Shown: positions 27,596 to 35,455 of the stretch, piece by piece | Layout of the letters: the number at the start of each line of letters is the position of its first letter | Numbering within the stretch: the stretch's first letter is position 1 | Source of the DNA: a virus | Lineage: Duplodnaviria; Caudoviricetes | Reading direction: 5' to 3' (one strand) | Length of the DNA stretch: 35,794 nt | Virus record (IMG/VR): IMGVR_UViG_3300022832_000001 | Coordinates: 1 to 35,794 of that record | Program-made: the position numbers and the translations under genes | The notes under the pieces: generated by a model | Database searches by the model: none | Told to the model about the DNA's origin: nothing | What the model saw: the letters and a program-made list of their open reading frames with translations, nothing else

Positions 27596-27943
27596 ATGGA
27601 AATTTTAGGAAAGATTATTGTATTAGGAAATACAGAAACGGTTGGAAGTGCAGGAACTTTTAAAAAGCGTACATTAGTTGTAGAAACCGAGGAGCAATAC
27701 CCGCAAAAGGTAGCTATTGACTTTGTACAAGATAAATGCGAAATGCTAGACAAATACACGGTAGGCCATAACGTAAAGGTCGGTATTAACATTAGAGGCA
27801 ACGAATACAACGGTAAGTATTACGTTAGCTTACAAGGCTGGAAAATAGATTTTTTAGACCAAAGTAACGCCGCTAATTTAAAGCCAGAGAAACAAACCGT
27901 AACTGTGCCTAAACAAGTTGTAGAGGATAACTTTCCTTTTTAA
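27596..27943 (+). CDS. DUF3127-type single-stranded DNA-binding protein
   Basis: FKKR..V.ET.EQYPQ...IDF.QDK; INIRG.EY.GKY; acidic DNFPF tail. Confidence 0.85.
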   Translation: MEILGKIIVLGNTETVGSAGTFKKRTLVVETEEQYPQKVAIDFVQDKCEMLDKYTVGHNVKVGINIRGNEYNGKYYVSLQGWKIDFLDQSNAANLKPEKQTVTVPKQVVEDNFPF

Positions 27944-27962
27944 CATTTAAAAAATAAAAATT

Positions 27963-28193
27963 ATGAGAGATTTAAAAAAAAATTATAAAAATGAAACAAA
28001 AAAATCTCCTTTTGTTTTTAATGAAAATGGAGAAATAACATCTAATTTTAGCTATACTGATGATTATGTCTTATGGCTTGAAAATAAAATTAATATAGAT
28101 TGTAAAAAAAATATAATTTCAGCTTTTGAAAAAGGTAATTATACAAAAGAAAAACATCTAAAATATTTGTTATCTAAAGGTATTAAATTATAA
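27963..28193 (+). CDS. Hypothetical protein
   Basis: ORF with AAATTATG start. Confidence 0.65.
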   Translation: MRDLKKNYKNETKKSPFVFNENGEITSNFSYTDDYVLWLENKINIDCKKNIISAFEKGNYTKEKHLKYLLSKGIKL

Positions 28194-28215
28194 AACAAAT
28201 TAAAAATAATGTTAC

Positions 28216-28248
28216 AAAATCCTATAATTAATTTTATAGGATTTTTTT
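28216..28248 (+). terminator. Intrinsic terminator
   Basis: AAAATCCTATAA/TTATAGGATTTT plus T run. Confidence 0.7.
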
Positions 28249-28270
28249 ATATCTTTATAAAAAATAAATT

Positions 28271-29023
28271 ATGATAAATTTACTACACGGTGATTGTTTA
28301 GAATTAATGAAAACAATACCAAGCGGCAGCATTGATGCAATTATTACAGATCCGCCATACGGAACAACGGCGTGCAAGTGGGATAGCGTTATACCTTTTG
28401 ATTTAATGTGGGAACAACTAAATAGAATTATAAAGCCGAACGGTGCAATTGTATTATTTGGTAGTGAGCCTTTTAGTTCTGCTTTGAGAATGTCCAATAT
28501 TAAAAATTATAAGTACGATTGGATTTGGGATAAATCTCACGGTTCTTTTGCAACAGCTAAAACACAACCGTTAAAAAGACATGAGATAATATCAGTATTT
28601 GGAAATTTAAAAGTAATATACTATAGACAAATGGACCAAGTAGTAGGAAAAGTTAGAGACAGAAGAATTGAATCTTTTAGGTCCTCTTTTGAAGAAAAAA
28701 ACTTTATAAGTGATACGACTGGAATTAATTCTAAAAAATACGCATTAGATTATAACCCTAAAAAGATTAATCCTAAATCTGTTTTAAAATTCAGCAGTCA
28801 AAGAGGTTTACACCCAACTCAAAAACCAGTAGCATTAATGGAATATTTAATAAAAACCTACACAAACGAAAACGAAACCGTTTTAGATTTTACTTGTGGT
28901 TCTGGAACAACTGGAGTAGCTTGTGTAAACACAAACCGCAATTTTATTGGAATAGAGAAAGACGAAAACTATTTTAAAATAGCAAGCGAAAGAATAAACT
29001 CAAAAAACTTGTTTAATAATTAA
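28271..29023 (+). CDS. N6A/N4C DNA methyltransferase (beta class)
   Basis: DPPY before HPTQKP and VLDFTCGSG. Confidence 0.93.
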   Translation: MINLLHGDCLELMKTIPSGSIDAIITDPPYGTTACKWDSVIPFDLMWEQLNRIIKPNGAIVLFGSEPFSSALRMSNIKNYKYDWIWDKSHGSFATAKTQPLKRHEIISVFGNLKVIYYRQMDQVVGKVRDRRIESFRSSFEEKNFISDTTGINSKKYALDYNPKKINPKSVLKFSSQRGLHPTQKPVALMEYLIKTYTNENETVLDFTCGSGTTGVACVNTNRNFIGIEKDENYFKIASERINSKNLFNN

Positions 29024-29133
29024 ATTAGTTTATCTTTGTGAAAGTATTATTTGGTAGAGAACTTAATACTATTTAAAACATTTTATTATCCTATCAGTGC
29101 GGAACTCTACTTCCAATCTGGTGGGATTTTTTT
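29009..29133 (+). promoter_or_regulatory. Promoter plus kissing-loop/terminator leader of HNH-replication operon
   Basis: TTG 29009 - N19 - TATCTTTG 29031; loop GTAGAG 29054-29059 complementary to loop CTCTAC 29105-29110; 10-bp stem plus T7. Confidence 0.65.
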
Positions 29134-29143
29134 ATTAAAAATA

Positions 29144-29674
29144 ATGAGACATTCAATTAGTGTAAAAAAAAGATTTGAAGTTTTTAAAAGGGATAATTTT
29201 ACTTGTCAGTATTGTTCTGCTAAACCTCCCTTAATTCCTTTAGAAGTAGACCACATTTACCCAGTTTGCAAAGGCGGAGATAATTCTATTGAAAATTTAA
29301 TAACATCCTGTTTTGATTGCAATAGAGGTAAAGGTTCTGGCGTTTTAGAAAATATTCCAGACACATTAGTTGTTAAGTTTGAAAGAATGAAATTAGCTAA
29401 AATGCAATATAATCAGTATAAAAAAATATTAAAAAACCAAAAAAATATTATAGATGCTGAAATTGAACAAGTGGAGTTAGTTTACTCTAGTTGTTTTAAA
29501 GGATGGTCTTTATCTGCTAAATTTAAAATATCTATAAAACAATTTATTCAAAAATTAGGAGTTGAAGATGTTTTAGATAGTATGGAAAAGGCTTGTAATA
29601 GAATAGAAAATCAGTCAGCAGTTCCAAAATATTTTTGCGGAATCTGCTGGAATAAAATTAAAAATAATGAATAG
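29144..29674 (+). CDS. HNH endonuclease
   Basis: RFEVFKRDNFTCQYC...EVDHI.P...GG....NL...C..CN.GK; likely start ATG 29144. Confidence 0.88.
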   Translation: MRHSISVKKRFEVFKRDNFTCQYCSAKPPLIPLEVDHIYPVCKGGDNSIENLITSCFDCNRGKGSGVLENIPDTLVVKFERMKLAKMQYNQYKKILKNQKNIIDAEIEQVELVYSSCFKGWSLSAKFKISIKQFIQKLGVEDVLDSMEKACNRIENQSAVPKYFCGICWNKIKNNE

Positions 29675-30416
29675 TTACGAACTTTCTAGAAATTGGTTTG
29701 ATTGGTCTTTTGAAAATCCAGAATTGGTTAACCCTAACCATACGGCAATTTATTTTTTTGCTATTGAACATTGTAATAGATTAGGTTGGAAAGAAAAATT
29801 TGGCTTTCCTACTCAAATGGTTATGGATGCTTTAGGCATAAAAAAACATCAAACTTATATTAAGTATTTTAATGAATTGGTAGATTATGGATTTATAAAA
29901 ATGATACAAAAATCTAAAAATCAATATTCAGCAAATATAATTAGCCTTATAACTGCTACGCCAAAAAACGGCAAAGCACTAGACAAAGCAATCATAAACC
30001 ACGGGGCAAAGCAAACACAAACCAATGGGCAAAGCAATAGTAGTATAGATAAACAAATAAACAATATAACAACAAACAAAATAACTAGTTTAGATTTAGA
30101 AATTTTTGAAGCAGAAATTATTGAATATTCTTTTACAGACTTTTGGGAGGTTTACCCAAATAAAACAAATAAGAAATTAGCCGAGGTTAAATTTAACAAA
30201 ATAACTAAAGAACAAAAAGATTTAGTAGAATATCATTTACCGTTGTTTGTGGCTAACAAACCTTTTAAAGAATATAATTACCCACACGCGACCACTTATT
30301 TAAGCCAAGAGCGTTACAAAGACGAAATAACAACTAATTTAAAAACACAAGAAAATGAACGACTTAAACAAATTTCAACAATGCTTAGGAGTGATGGATC
30401 TGCAAAATATCTCTGA
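29667..30416 (+). CDS. Replication initiator (lambda O-like organisation)
   Basis: N-terminal winged-helix-like region, central DNA repeats, C-terminal FTDFWEVYP...YPHATTYL. Confidence 0.75.
   Translation: MNSYELSRNWFDWSFENPELVNPNHTAIYFFAIEHCNRLGWKEKFGFPTQMVMDALGIKKHQTYIKYFNELVDYGFIKMIQKSKNQYSANIISLITATPKNGKALDKAIINHGAKQTQTNGQSNSSIDKQINNITTNKITSLDLEIFEAEIIEYSFTDFWEVYPNKTNKKLAEVKFNKITKEQKDLVEYHLPLFVANKPFKEYNYPHATTYLSQERYKDEITTNLKTQENERLKQISTMLRSDGSAKYL
29970..30036. repeat. Iteron-like repeats (putative origin)
   Basis: GRCAAAGCA at 29970, 29982, 30005 and 30028, followed by an A-rich tract. Confidence 0.6.
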
Positions 30417-30657
30417 TTTAAAAAAATCTTTAGCCTACGCATTTGAGAGAACAGATTTTGAACTTAGAAACCTAGACAAAATTATCGAAGAAATAAATAG
30501 CGAATTTAAAAACTTGCCAGAAAAAGAAATTATAAAAGCAATTAGAAACGGCGCTTTTGGAAAGTACGGAAGAACTTACAAACTTTCTACACAAGAAGTA
30601 TGTTTCTGGATTTACAGTTATTTAAAACAAAAAGAATCTAAAAGACTAAAATTATGA
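30355..30657 (+). CDS. Hypothetical replication-associated protein
   Basis: Overlaps initiator 3' end. Confidence 0.6.
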   Translation: MNDLNKFQQCLGVMDLQNISDLKKSLAYAFERTDFELRNLDKIIEEINSEFKNLPEKEIIKAIRNGAFGKYGRTYKLSTQEVCFWIYSYLKQKESKRLKL

Positions 30658-31151
30658 GTTGGGTTATACAAAATTCTGTAAATCGCATTTTTAACGCTTT
30701 TAAGCGCAATAAAAATAATATCTATAAAGAAGATATAGAAGCGCTAAAACTAATCAATGAAACCCTATTAGAACGCGAAAAAACGCTAGTCAATGATAAT
30801 ATACTCTTTGCAAAGTTGCTTTCTATACAATTACGGCAAAATATAATATATTTTAAAGATATTGGACTGGCTATAAAAGCAGTTCAAAGAGATTTAAGAA
30901 ATAGCGTGGAATTTAATATAAACCTGTTAACTTTAGATTTAAACAATCACGAGTTAGAAAATTATTTTAAAATCATCGGAATTGAAAAATACAACACTTT
31001 ACAAGAGTGGGAAAGTAACAAGCAAATAATTAGCGATAACCAGCAAGAAATTAGCAAGAAAGTTTTAAAAAGCTGGAGCGTAGAAGATGTTGAAAAAAGT
31101 TTCTATAAGTCTGCAAATCAAATGATAAAAGATATAGAAAATTACAAGTAA
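30654..31151 (+). CDS. Hypothetical protein
   Basis: ATGA-coupled ORF. Confidence 0.7.
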   Translation: MSWVIQNSVNRIFNAFKRNKNNIYKEDIEALKLINETLLEREKTLVNDNILFAKLLSIQLRQNIIYFKDIGLAIKAVQRDLRNSVEFNINLLTLDLNNHELENYFKIIGIEKYNTLQEWESNKQIISDNQQEISKKVLKSWSVEDVEKSFYKSANQMIKDIENYK

Positions 31152-31174
31152 ATGTTAAACTTTAAAAATAAATT

Positions 31175-31234
31175 AAAAAAAGTATTGTTTATTTAATTTA
31201 TTTTTTTATATTTGTATAAGCAATAAATAATTAC
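31175..31234 (+). promoter_or_regulatory. 60-bp leader/promoter of cassette array 1
   Basis: 59/60 identical to 35202-35261; TTG 31185 - N19 - TATATTTG 31207. Confidence 0.85.
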
Positions 31235-31237
31235 ATA

Positions 31238-31363
31238 TAACGTTTGGTGCTTTGCGAGGTTGTGAACTTCGTGACTACAATTATTCAACTCAAAAATAAA
31301 TTACAATGCGAAACGAAAATATGAATGAACCAATAAACTCACAATATTGCAAAACACGTGTTA
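31238..31363. repeat. attC-like hairpin A (126 bp)
   Basis: TAAC...GTTA ends; arms 31247-31265 and 31339-31357 give 15 WC + 2 GT pairs of 19. Confidence 0.75.
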
Positions 31364-32232
31364 CAGGAAGTGCGGGTTTAAATGTAGTTTCACTTTTTAA
31401 CGGAATGAATACTGGTCGAGTTGCTTTAGAAAATCAAGGTTTTAAAGTCAATAAATATTATTCAAGTGAAATAAAAACTTACGCAATTGAACTAACACAA
31501 CATCATTATCCTGATACTATTCAAGTTGGAGATGTTACTAAATGGAGAGAATGGAATACTGATTGGAAAAGCATTGATTTAGTGTTAAGCGGTTCTCCTT
31601 GTCAAGACTTAAGTTCAGCCGGGAAACGCGCAGGAATTAATGGTAAAAAATCGAGTTTGTTTTTTGTATTTATTGAAATACTTGAACACATAAAATCATT
31701 AAATCCTAACGTAATATTTTTTCAAGAAAATGTAGGAAGTGCAAATAAACTTGATATTGGAATTATGAGCCGAGCTTTAGGAGTTTATCCTGTTCGGTTT
31801 AATTCTCAATTAGTAACTGCACAATTGCGTGATCGTTATTATTGGACTAACATTAGAACAAAACAAACTATGTTTGATGTTGTTGTAGATATTCCACATC
31901 CAAAAGATAGAGGAATTATTTTGAAAGACATATTAACAAGCGGTTATTCTGATAGAAATAAAAGTCTTTGTCTTTTAGAAGGTTATTACTCAAAAAGACC
32001 TTTTAAATCTTTTGAAAAATATATGACTCGATATAATATGGGTATGTTGCCAATTGTTTTTGAAAGTCAAACAGAGGTAAGGACTTATAATAAAATAGAA
32101 ATGTGTAGGCTTCAAGGATTCAAAGACAATTATTGCGAAACAATTTCAGAAGCAAAAGCAGCATCATTATTAGGAGATGGTTGGACTTTGCCAATAGTAG
32201 AACATATTTTTTCTTTTATGAACAAAGCGTAG
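31306..32232 (+). CDS. C5 cytosine DNA methyltransferase (cassette cargo)
   Basis: SLFNG (I), GSPCQ (IV), ENV (VI), QLRDR (VIII), RLQGF (IX), LGDGW (X). Confidence 0.92.
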   Translation: MRNENMNEPINSQYCKTRVTGSAGLNVVSLFNGMNTGRVALENQGFKVNKYYSSEIKTYAIELTQHHYPDTIQVGDVTKWREWNTDWKSIDLVLSGSPCQDLSSAGKRAGINGKKSSLFFVFIEILEHIKSLNPNVIFFQENVGSANKLDIGIMSRALGVYPVRFNSQLVTAQLRDRYYWTNIRTKQTMFDVVVDIPHPKDRGIILKDILTSGYSDRNKSLCLLEGYYSKRPFKSFEKYMTRYNMGMLPIVFESQTEVRTYNKIEMCRLQGFKDNYCETISEAKAASLLGDGWTLPIVEHIFSFMNKA

Positions 32233-32241
32233 CATTTCATG

Positions 32242-32368
32242 TAACGGTTCTCGGCTTGGCGAGGTTGGGGACTTAAAAGTACAATCGCTCAATTTTAGTA
32301 CAAATTTTAAATAGAAATACAAATGAACAATTTACCACAGAACCCCCAATCTTGCCAAACCGATGTTA
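32242..32368. repeat. attC-like hairpin B (127 bp)
   Basis: TAAC...GTTA ends; arms 32251-32270 and 32344-32363 give 17 WC + 2 GT pairs of 20. Confidence 0.8.
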
Positions 32369-32529
32369 TAACTCGTTTATTTCGTTTGCAAATAACGAGA
32401 ACATTAACATCAAGTCCTGAATGGGTTGAAATTATGGCAGAATCAGAAACATTGGCTCAAACAAAATATTACTCAATGAATCCATGTCATTTTATTATTT
32501 GGACTAAGGATTCTTTAAATGAGTTATAA
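32323..32529 (+). CDS. Small hypothetical protein (cassette cargo)
   Basis: Starts inside hairpin B; its stop TAA is part of the terminal TAAC. Confidence 0.65.
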   Translation: MNNLPQNPQSCQTDVITRLFRLQITRTLTSSPEWVEIMAESETLAQTKYYSMNPCHFIIWTKDSLNEL

Positions 32530-32548
32530 CTTGTAAATATACAAACCT
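32527..32548 (+). other. Trailer motif of cassette array 1 (attI-like half site)
   Basis: TAACTTGTAAATATACAAACCT, 19/22 to 176-197. Confidence 0.6.
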
Positions 32549-32613
32549 ACATTTGTAAATAACTAATAACCAAACAATTAAAAACTAAACCAATTGCGCT
32601 AAAAAAATAAATT

Positions 32614-33447
32614 ATGAACTTAAATTTTGAAGATTTAGAAAATGCATTACAAGAAGAACAAACTTTTGATTTTGATAAAACATTTAATAGTTGCTTTGTT
32701 GATTTGTCAATCGAAATACCTAAACCAGAAATACTTATTTCAATCGGAACGCACGAATATAAAGGAAATCATTATGATACAGCCGTATGCACCGCTGGAG
32801 AGTTTTCCGCAATAGTAGGGCAATCAAAAAGTAAAAAGAGTTTTTTAAAATCTGCCATTTGCGCGTCGTATATTGGTGGGAACACAAATAACCTATTCCC
32901 AAACATTAAAGGGCATAGAACAAAGGATTACGGTATTATCGACATAGACACGGAGCAAGGTAACTATTATGCTCAAAGAACATTTAGAAGACCTATTGAA
33001 ATGGTTGGCGGTAATTATCAAAACTATCACAGCTTTGCGACCAGGCACTTAAGTACTCCGGAAAGATTAAAATTTACTGACGAACTTTTAATTAATCAAT
33101 CTAAATTTTGTAAAGAAAAAGTAAAACTATTGTTTATTGATGGTGTCGCAGATTTAGTAGAAAACACTAACGATCTAGTAATGAGTAAAGAAGTTGCAGA
33201 TTATTTGCTAAGATGGACTTCGCAATACAATATACACATTTGCACCGTAATTCATAAAGCAAGCGGCACAAACAAACCTTTAGGGCATTTAGGTACATTT
33301 GTATTAAAGAAAGCCGAAACGGTTATTGATTTAGAGAAAGACGATTTAGGGCAAATTAAAGTTACTAACCCTTACAGTAGAGGATACCAATTTGAGGAGT
33401 TTTCTTTTTACGTAAACAAAAATGCATTACCTTATTTAGTAGAATAG
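32614..33447 (+). CDS. RecA-fold/AAA_25-type helicase-like ATPase
   Basis: Variant Walker A GQSKSKKS, DIDTEQG, FIDGVAD, VIH...GHLG. Confidence 0.8.
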   Translation: MNLNFEDLENALQEEQTFDFDKTFNSCFVDLSIEIPKPEILISIGTHEYKGNHYDTAVCTAGEFSAIVGQSKSKKSFLKSAICASYIGGNTNNLFPNIKGHRTKDYGIIDIDTEQGNYYAQRTFRRPIEMVGGNYQNYHSFATRHLSTPERLKFTDELLINQSKFCKEKVKLLFIDGVADLVENTNDLVMSKEVADYLLRWTSQYNIHICTVIHKASGTNKPLGHLGTFVLKKAETVIDLEKDDLGQIKVTNPYSRGYQFEEFSFYVNKNALPYLVE

Positions 33448-33449
33448 TT

Positions 33450-33797
33450 ATGAAAGCAACCGAAATAAGTTATATTTATAAAAGAATTGAGTATTATAAA
33501 AAGTATTTGCGTTACCGATGCGACATTATAGCAAACGATCCAAAAAGATGGCTAGGTGTTAGTAAGTTGGAATTACCAAGTTTCGATTATTATTTAAAAA
33601 ATTGCGTAGAAGACAAAGGCGGTAAGTACGATTTTACATTAAGAGGTTATTCAACACCGACTCAACACCTAAACCCAATTAGTTTTAATTCGCAAAACAA
33701 ATACCAAATGGATTCAAAAATACTTTATAGAAATATAACACACTCTATGTGGATGGGAACGCCTTTTAACTACAAAACCATTATTAAAACTAAATAA
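33450..33797 (+). CDS. Hypothetical protein
   Basis: Packed ORF. Confidence 0.7.
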   Translation: MKATEISYIYKRIEYYKKYLRYRCDIIANDPKRWLGVSKLELPSFDYYLKNCVEDKGGKYDFTLRGYSTPTQHLNPISFNSQNKYQMDSKILYRNITHSMWMGTPFNYKTIIKTK

Positions 33798-33800
33798 ATT

Positions 33801-33998
33801 ATGATAAAAACTATTGAACAACGTTTAAATGTAGCTGATGGTTACGCAATTGAATTTGCTGATTGGCTAAATAAAGAAAGGTTTTCGCCATATGGAAATC
33901 AATGGACAGATAATAAATTATCTAAAGACCCAAACGGCAATTGGTTGTTTTATACTTCAAAACAGCTTTATGAAATTTTTAAAAAACAAATAAAATGA
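33801..33998 (+). CDS. Hypothetical protein
   Basis: Packed ORF, AIEFADWL. Confidence 0.7.
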   Translation: MIKTIEQRLNVADGYAIEFADWLNKERFSPYGNQWTDNKLSKDPNGNWLFYTSKQLYEIFKKQIK

Positions 33999-34633
33999 GT
34001 AATATCTCTATAACAAACGAATGTAATATGTTGTTAATGGCTCGCTATCCTGATAATTACTTTGATTTGGCTATTGTAGACCCGCCTTATGGTATTGATT
34101 TGGCTAATATGAATATGGGCATAGGAAAAACCCCTAAGGCTTCAAAAGCTAAAAACAGAAAATGGAAGTCAAAAGATTGGGATAATTCTACACCAACAAA
34201 AGAATATTTTGATGAATTATTTAGAGTTTCTAAAAATCAAATTATTTGGGGCGGTAATTATTTTGATTTACCGCCTTGTAAAAAGTTTATTATGTGGGAT
34301 AAAGAAATTCCTGAAGGGTTGTCATTTTCAGATTGTGAAATGGCTTGGACTTCTTTTTCTGGAGCAAATAAAATATTTAGATATAGCGCTTATAAAAATA
34401 AATCTGAAAAATTTCATCCAACGCAAAAACCACCACAATTATATAAATATTGTTTAGATAAATATGCAAAATCTAATTATAAAATACTTGACACGCATTT
34501 AGGTTCTGGAAGTATTGCAATAGCTTGTCACGATTATAAATTTGATTTAACCGCGTGTGAACTTGACAAAGATTATTTTGATGCAAGTTTAAAGAGATTA
34601 CACAATCATCAATCACAATTAACAATGTTTTAA
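33995..34633 (+). CDS. N6A/N4C DNA methyltransferase (beta class)
   Basis: DPPY, IIWGGNYF, HPTQKP, ILDTHLGSGS. Confidence 0.93.
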   Translation: MSNISITNECNMLLMARYPDNYFDLAIVDPPYGIDLANMNMGIGKTPKASKAKNRKWKSKDWDNSTPTKEYFDELFRVSKNQIIWGGNYFDLPPCKKFIMWDKEIPEGLSFSDCEMAWTSFSGANKIFRYSAYKNKSEKFHPTQKPPQLYKYCLDKYAKSNYKILDTHLGSGSIAIACHDYKFDLTACELDKDYFDASLKRLHNHQSQLTMF

Positions 34634-34681
34634 GGAAATCTTTGAAAACATAAAATAAAGGGATTAAATAAAAAATAAATT

Positions 34682-34792
34682 ATGACACACACATTAGAAA
34701 GCATTAAAAAATTAATTCAAAAGCAATATTTGCGCGGGCAAAACTGCGAGAAAACAAACGCTATTTATAGAAAACTTTTAAAAGAACTATGA
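34682..34792 (+). CDS. 36-aa hypothetical protein (absent from ORF track)
   Basis: AAATTATG start, ATGA overlap with next gene. Confidence 0.55.
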   Translation: MTHTLESIKKLIQKQYLRGQNCEKTNAIYRKLLKEL

Positions 34793-35202
34793 AAATACTT
34801 GTAATAAAGATAAACGGAAGTCTAAAGCCTTGCTATGATTCCGACTATGAAAACTTTGCTAAAATACCAATTGGGGAACAGATAGAAATAACCTACACTA
34901 AGCGCAGAAACCTATCTTTTCATAAAAAATACTTCGCTTTGCTTAAACTATGTTTTGAAAATCAAAGCGATTATAGGCTGTTAGAAGATATGCGACGCGA
35001 TTTAATAATAACATCTGGTCGTTACGACGAAATAGTAAACAAAATCACTGGCGAGGTTTATAAACTAGCTAACTCTATAAGTTTTGGAAGTATGGACCAA
35101 AACGAGTTTAACCAACTTTATGAAGATACTAAAGGAATAATAAGCAAGTGGCTCGGGGTTTCTGATGAAAATATAGAAGAACAAATTTTACAATACTTTT
35201 AA
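34789..35202 (+). CDS. DUF1367/NinB-like protein
   Basis: RN..FHKKYFALL, SISF..MD..EF..LY pattern. Confidence 0.75.
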   Translation: MKILVIKINGSLKPCYDSDYENFAKIPIGEQIEITYTKRRNLSFHKKYFALLKLCFENQSDYRLLEDMRRDLIITSGRYDEIVNKITGEVYKLANSISFGSMDQNEFNQLYEDTKGIISKWLGVSDENIEEQILQYF

Positions 35203-35261
35203 AAAAAAGTATTGTTTATTTAATTTATTTTTGTATATTTGTATAAGCAATAAATAATTAC
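35202..35261 (+). promoter_or_regulatory. 60-bp leader/promoter of cassette array 2
   Basis: 59/60 identical to 31175-31234; TTG 35212 - N19 - TATATTTG 35234. Confidence 0.85.
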
Positions 35262-35264
35262 CGC

Positions 35265-35389
35265 TAAAGTTTTTAAGCTACAAGAAGTAGCAAATTTCGG
35301 AACCTAGTATTTTCCGATACTATTAAATTTCTTTAGAAATGTAAATGTTATTTTACTACTAAATTTGAAATTTATTGTAAATTCTGTTA
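35265..35389. repeat. Degenerate attC-like hairpin C (125 bp)
   Basis: TAAA...GTTA ends; TACAA/TTGTA and CAAATTT/AAATTTG paired in register; same position after leader as hairpin A. Confidence 0.6.
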
Positions 35390-35455
35390 TGCGTTCGGCT
35401 TTTTTATCGTTTTCCCAAAGTCAGCAAAACGATTATAACTTAAAAAATAAATATT

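Noticed and set aside
28211-28235. Fifth late promoter (GTTACA at 28211)
   Set aside because: No TCGTT at N14; it overlaps a terminator hairpin
3939-28497. Minus-strand ORFs in the track (e.g. 12723..13358, 14938..15354, 24485..24730)
   Set aside because: All are shadows of better + strand genes, with no motifs or start contexts
29051-29143. Upstream starts in the ORF track (29051; also 1787, 6031, 6983, 21844, 27324)
   Set aside because: They overlap promoters, leaders or upstream genes; downstream ATGs fit better
28271-29674. Methyltransferase plus HNH as a restriction-modification pair
   Set aside because: Separated by a promoter and structured leader; the HNH is coupled to the replication operon, and nothing indicates shared specificity
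31175-32548. CRISPR array, DGR or IS interpretation of the repeats
   Set aside because: No equal-length spacers, no reverse transcriptase or TR/VR pair, no transposase or target-site duplications
34209-34457. Alternative-frame ORF inside the methyltransferase
   Set aside because: Fully nested with no recognisable features
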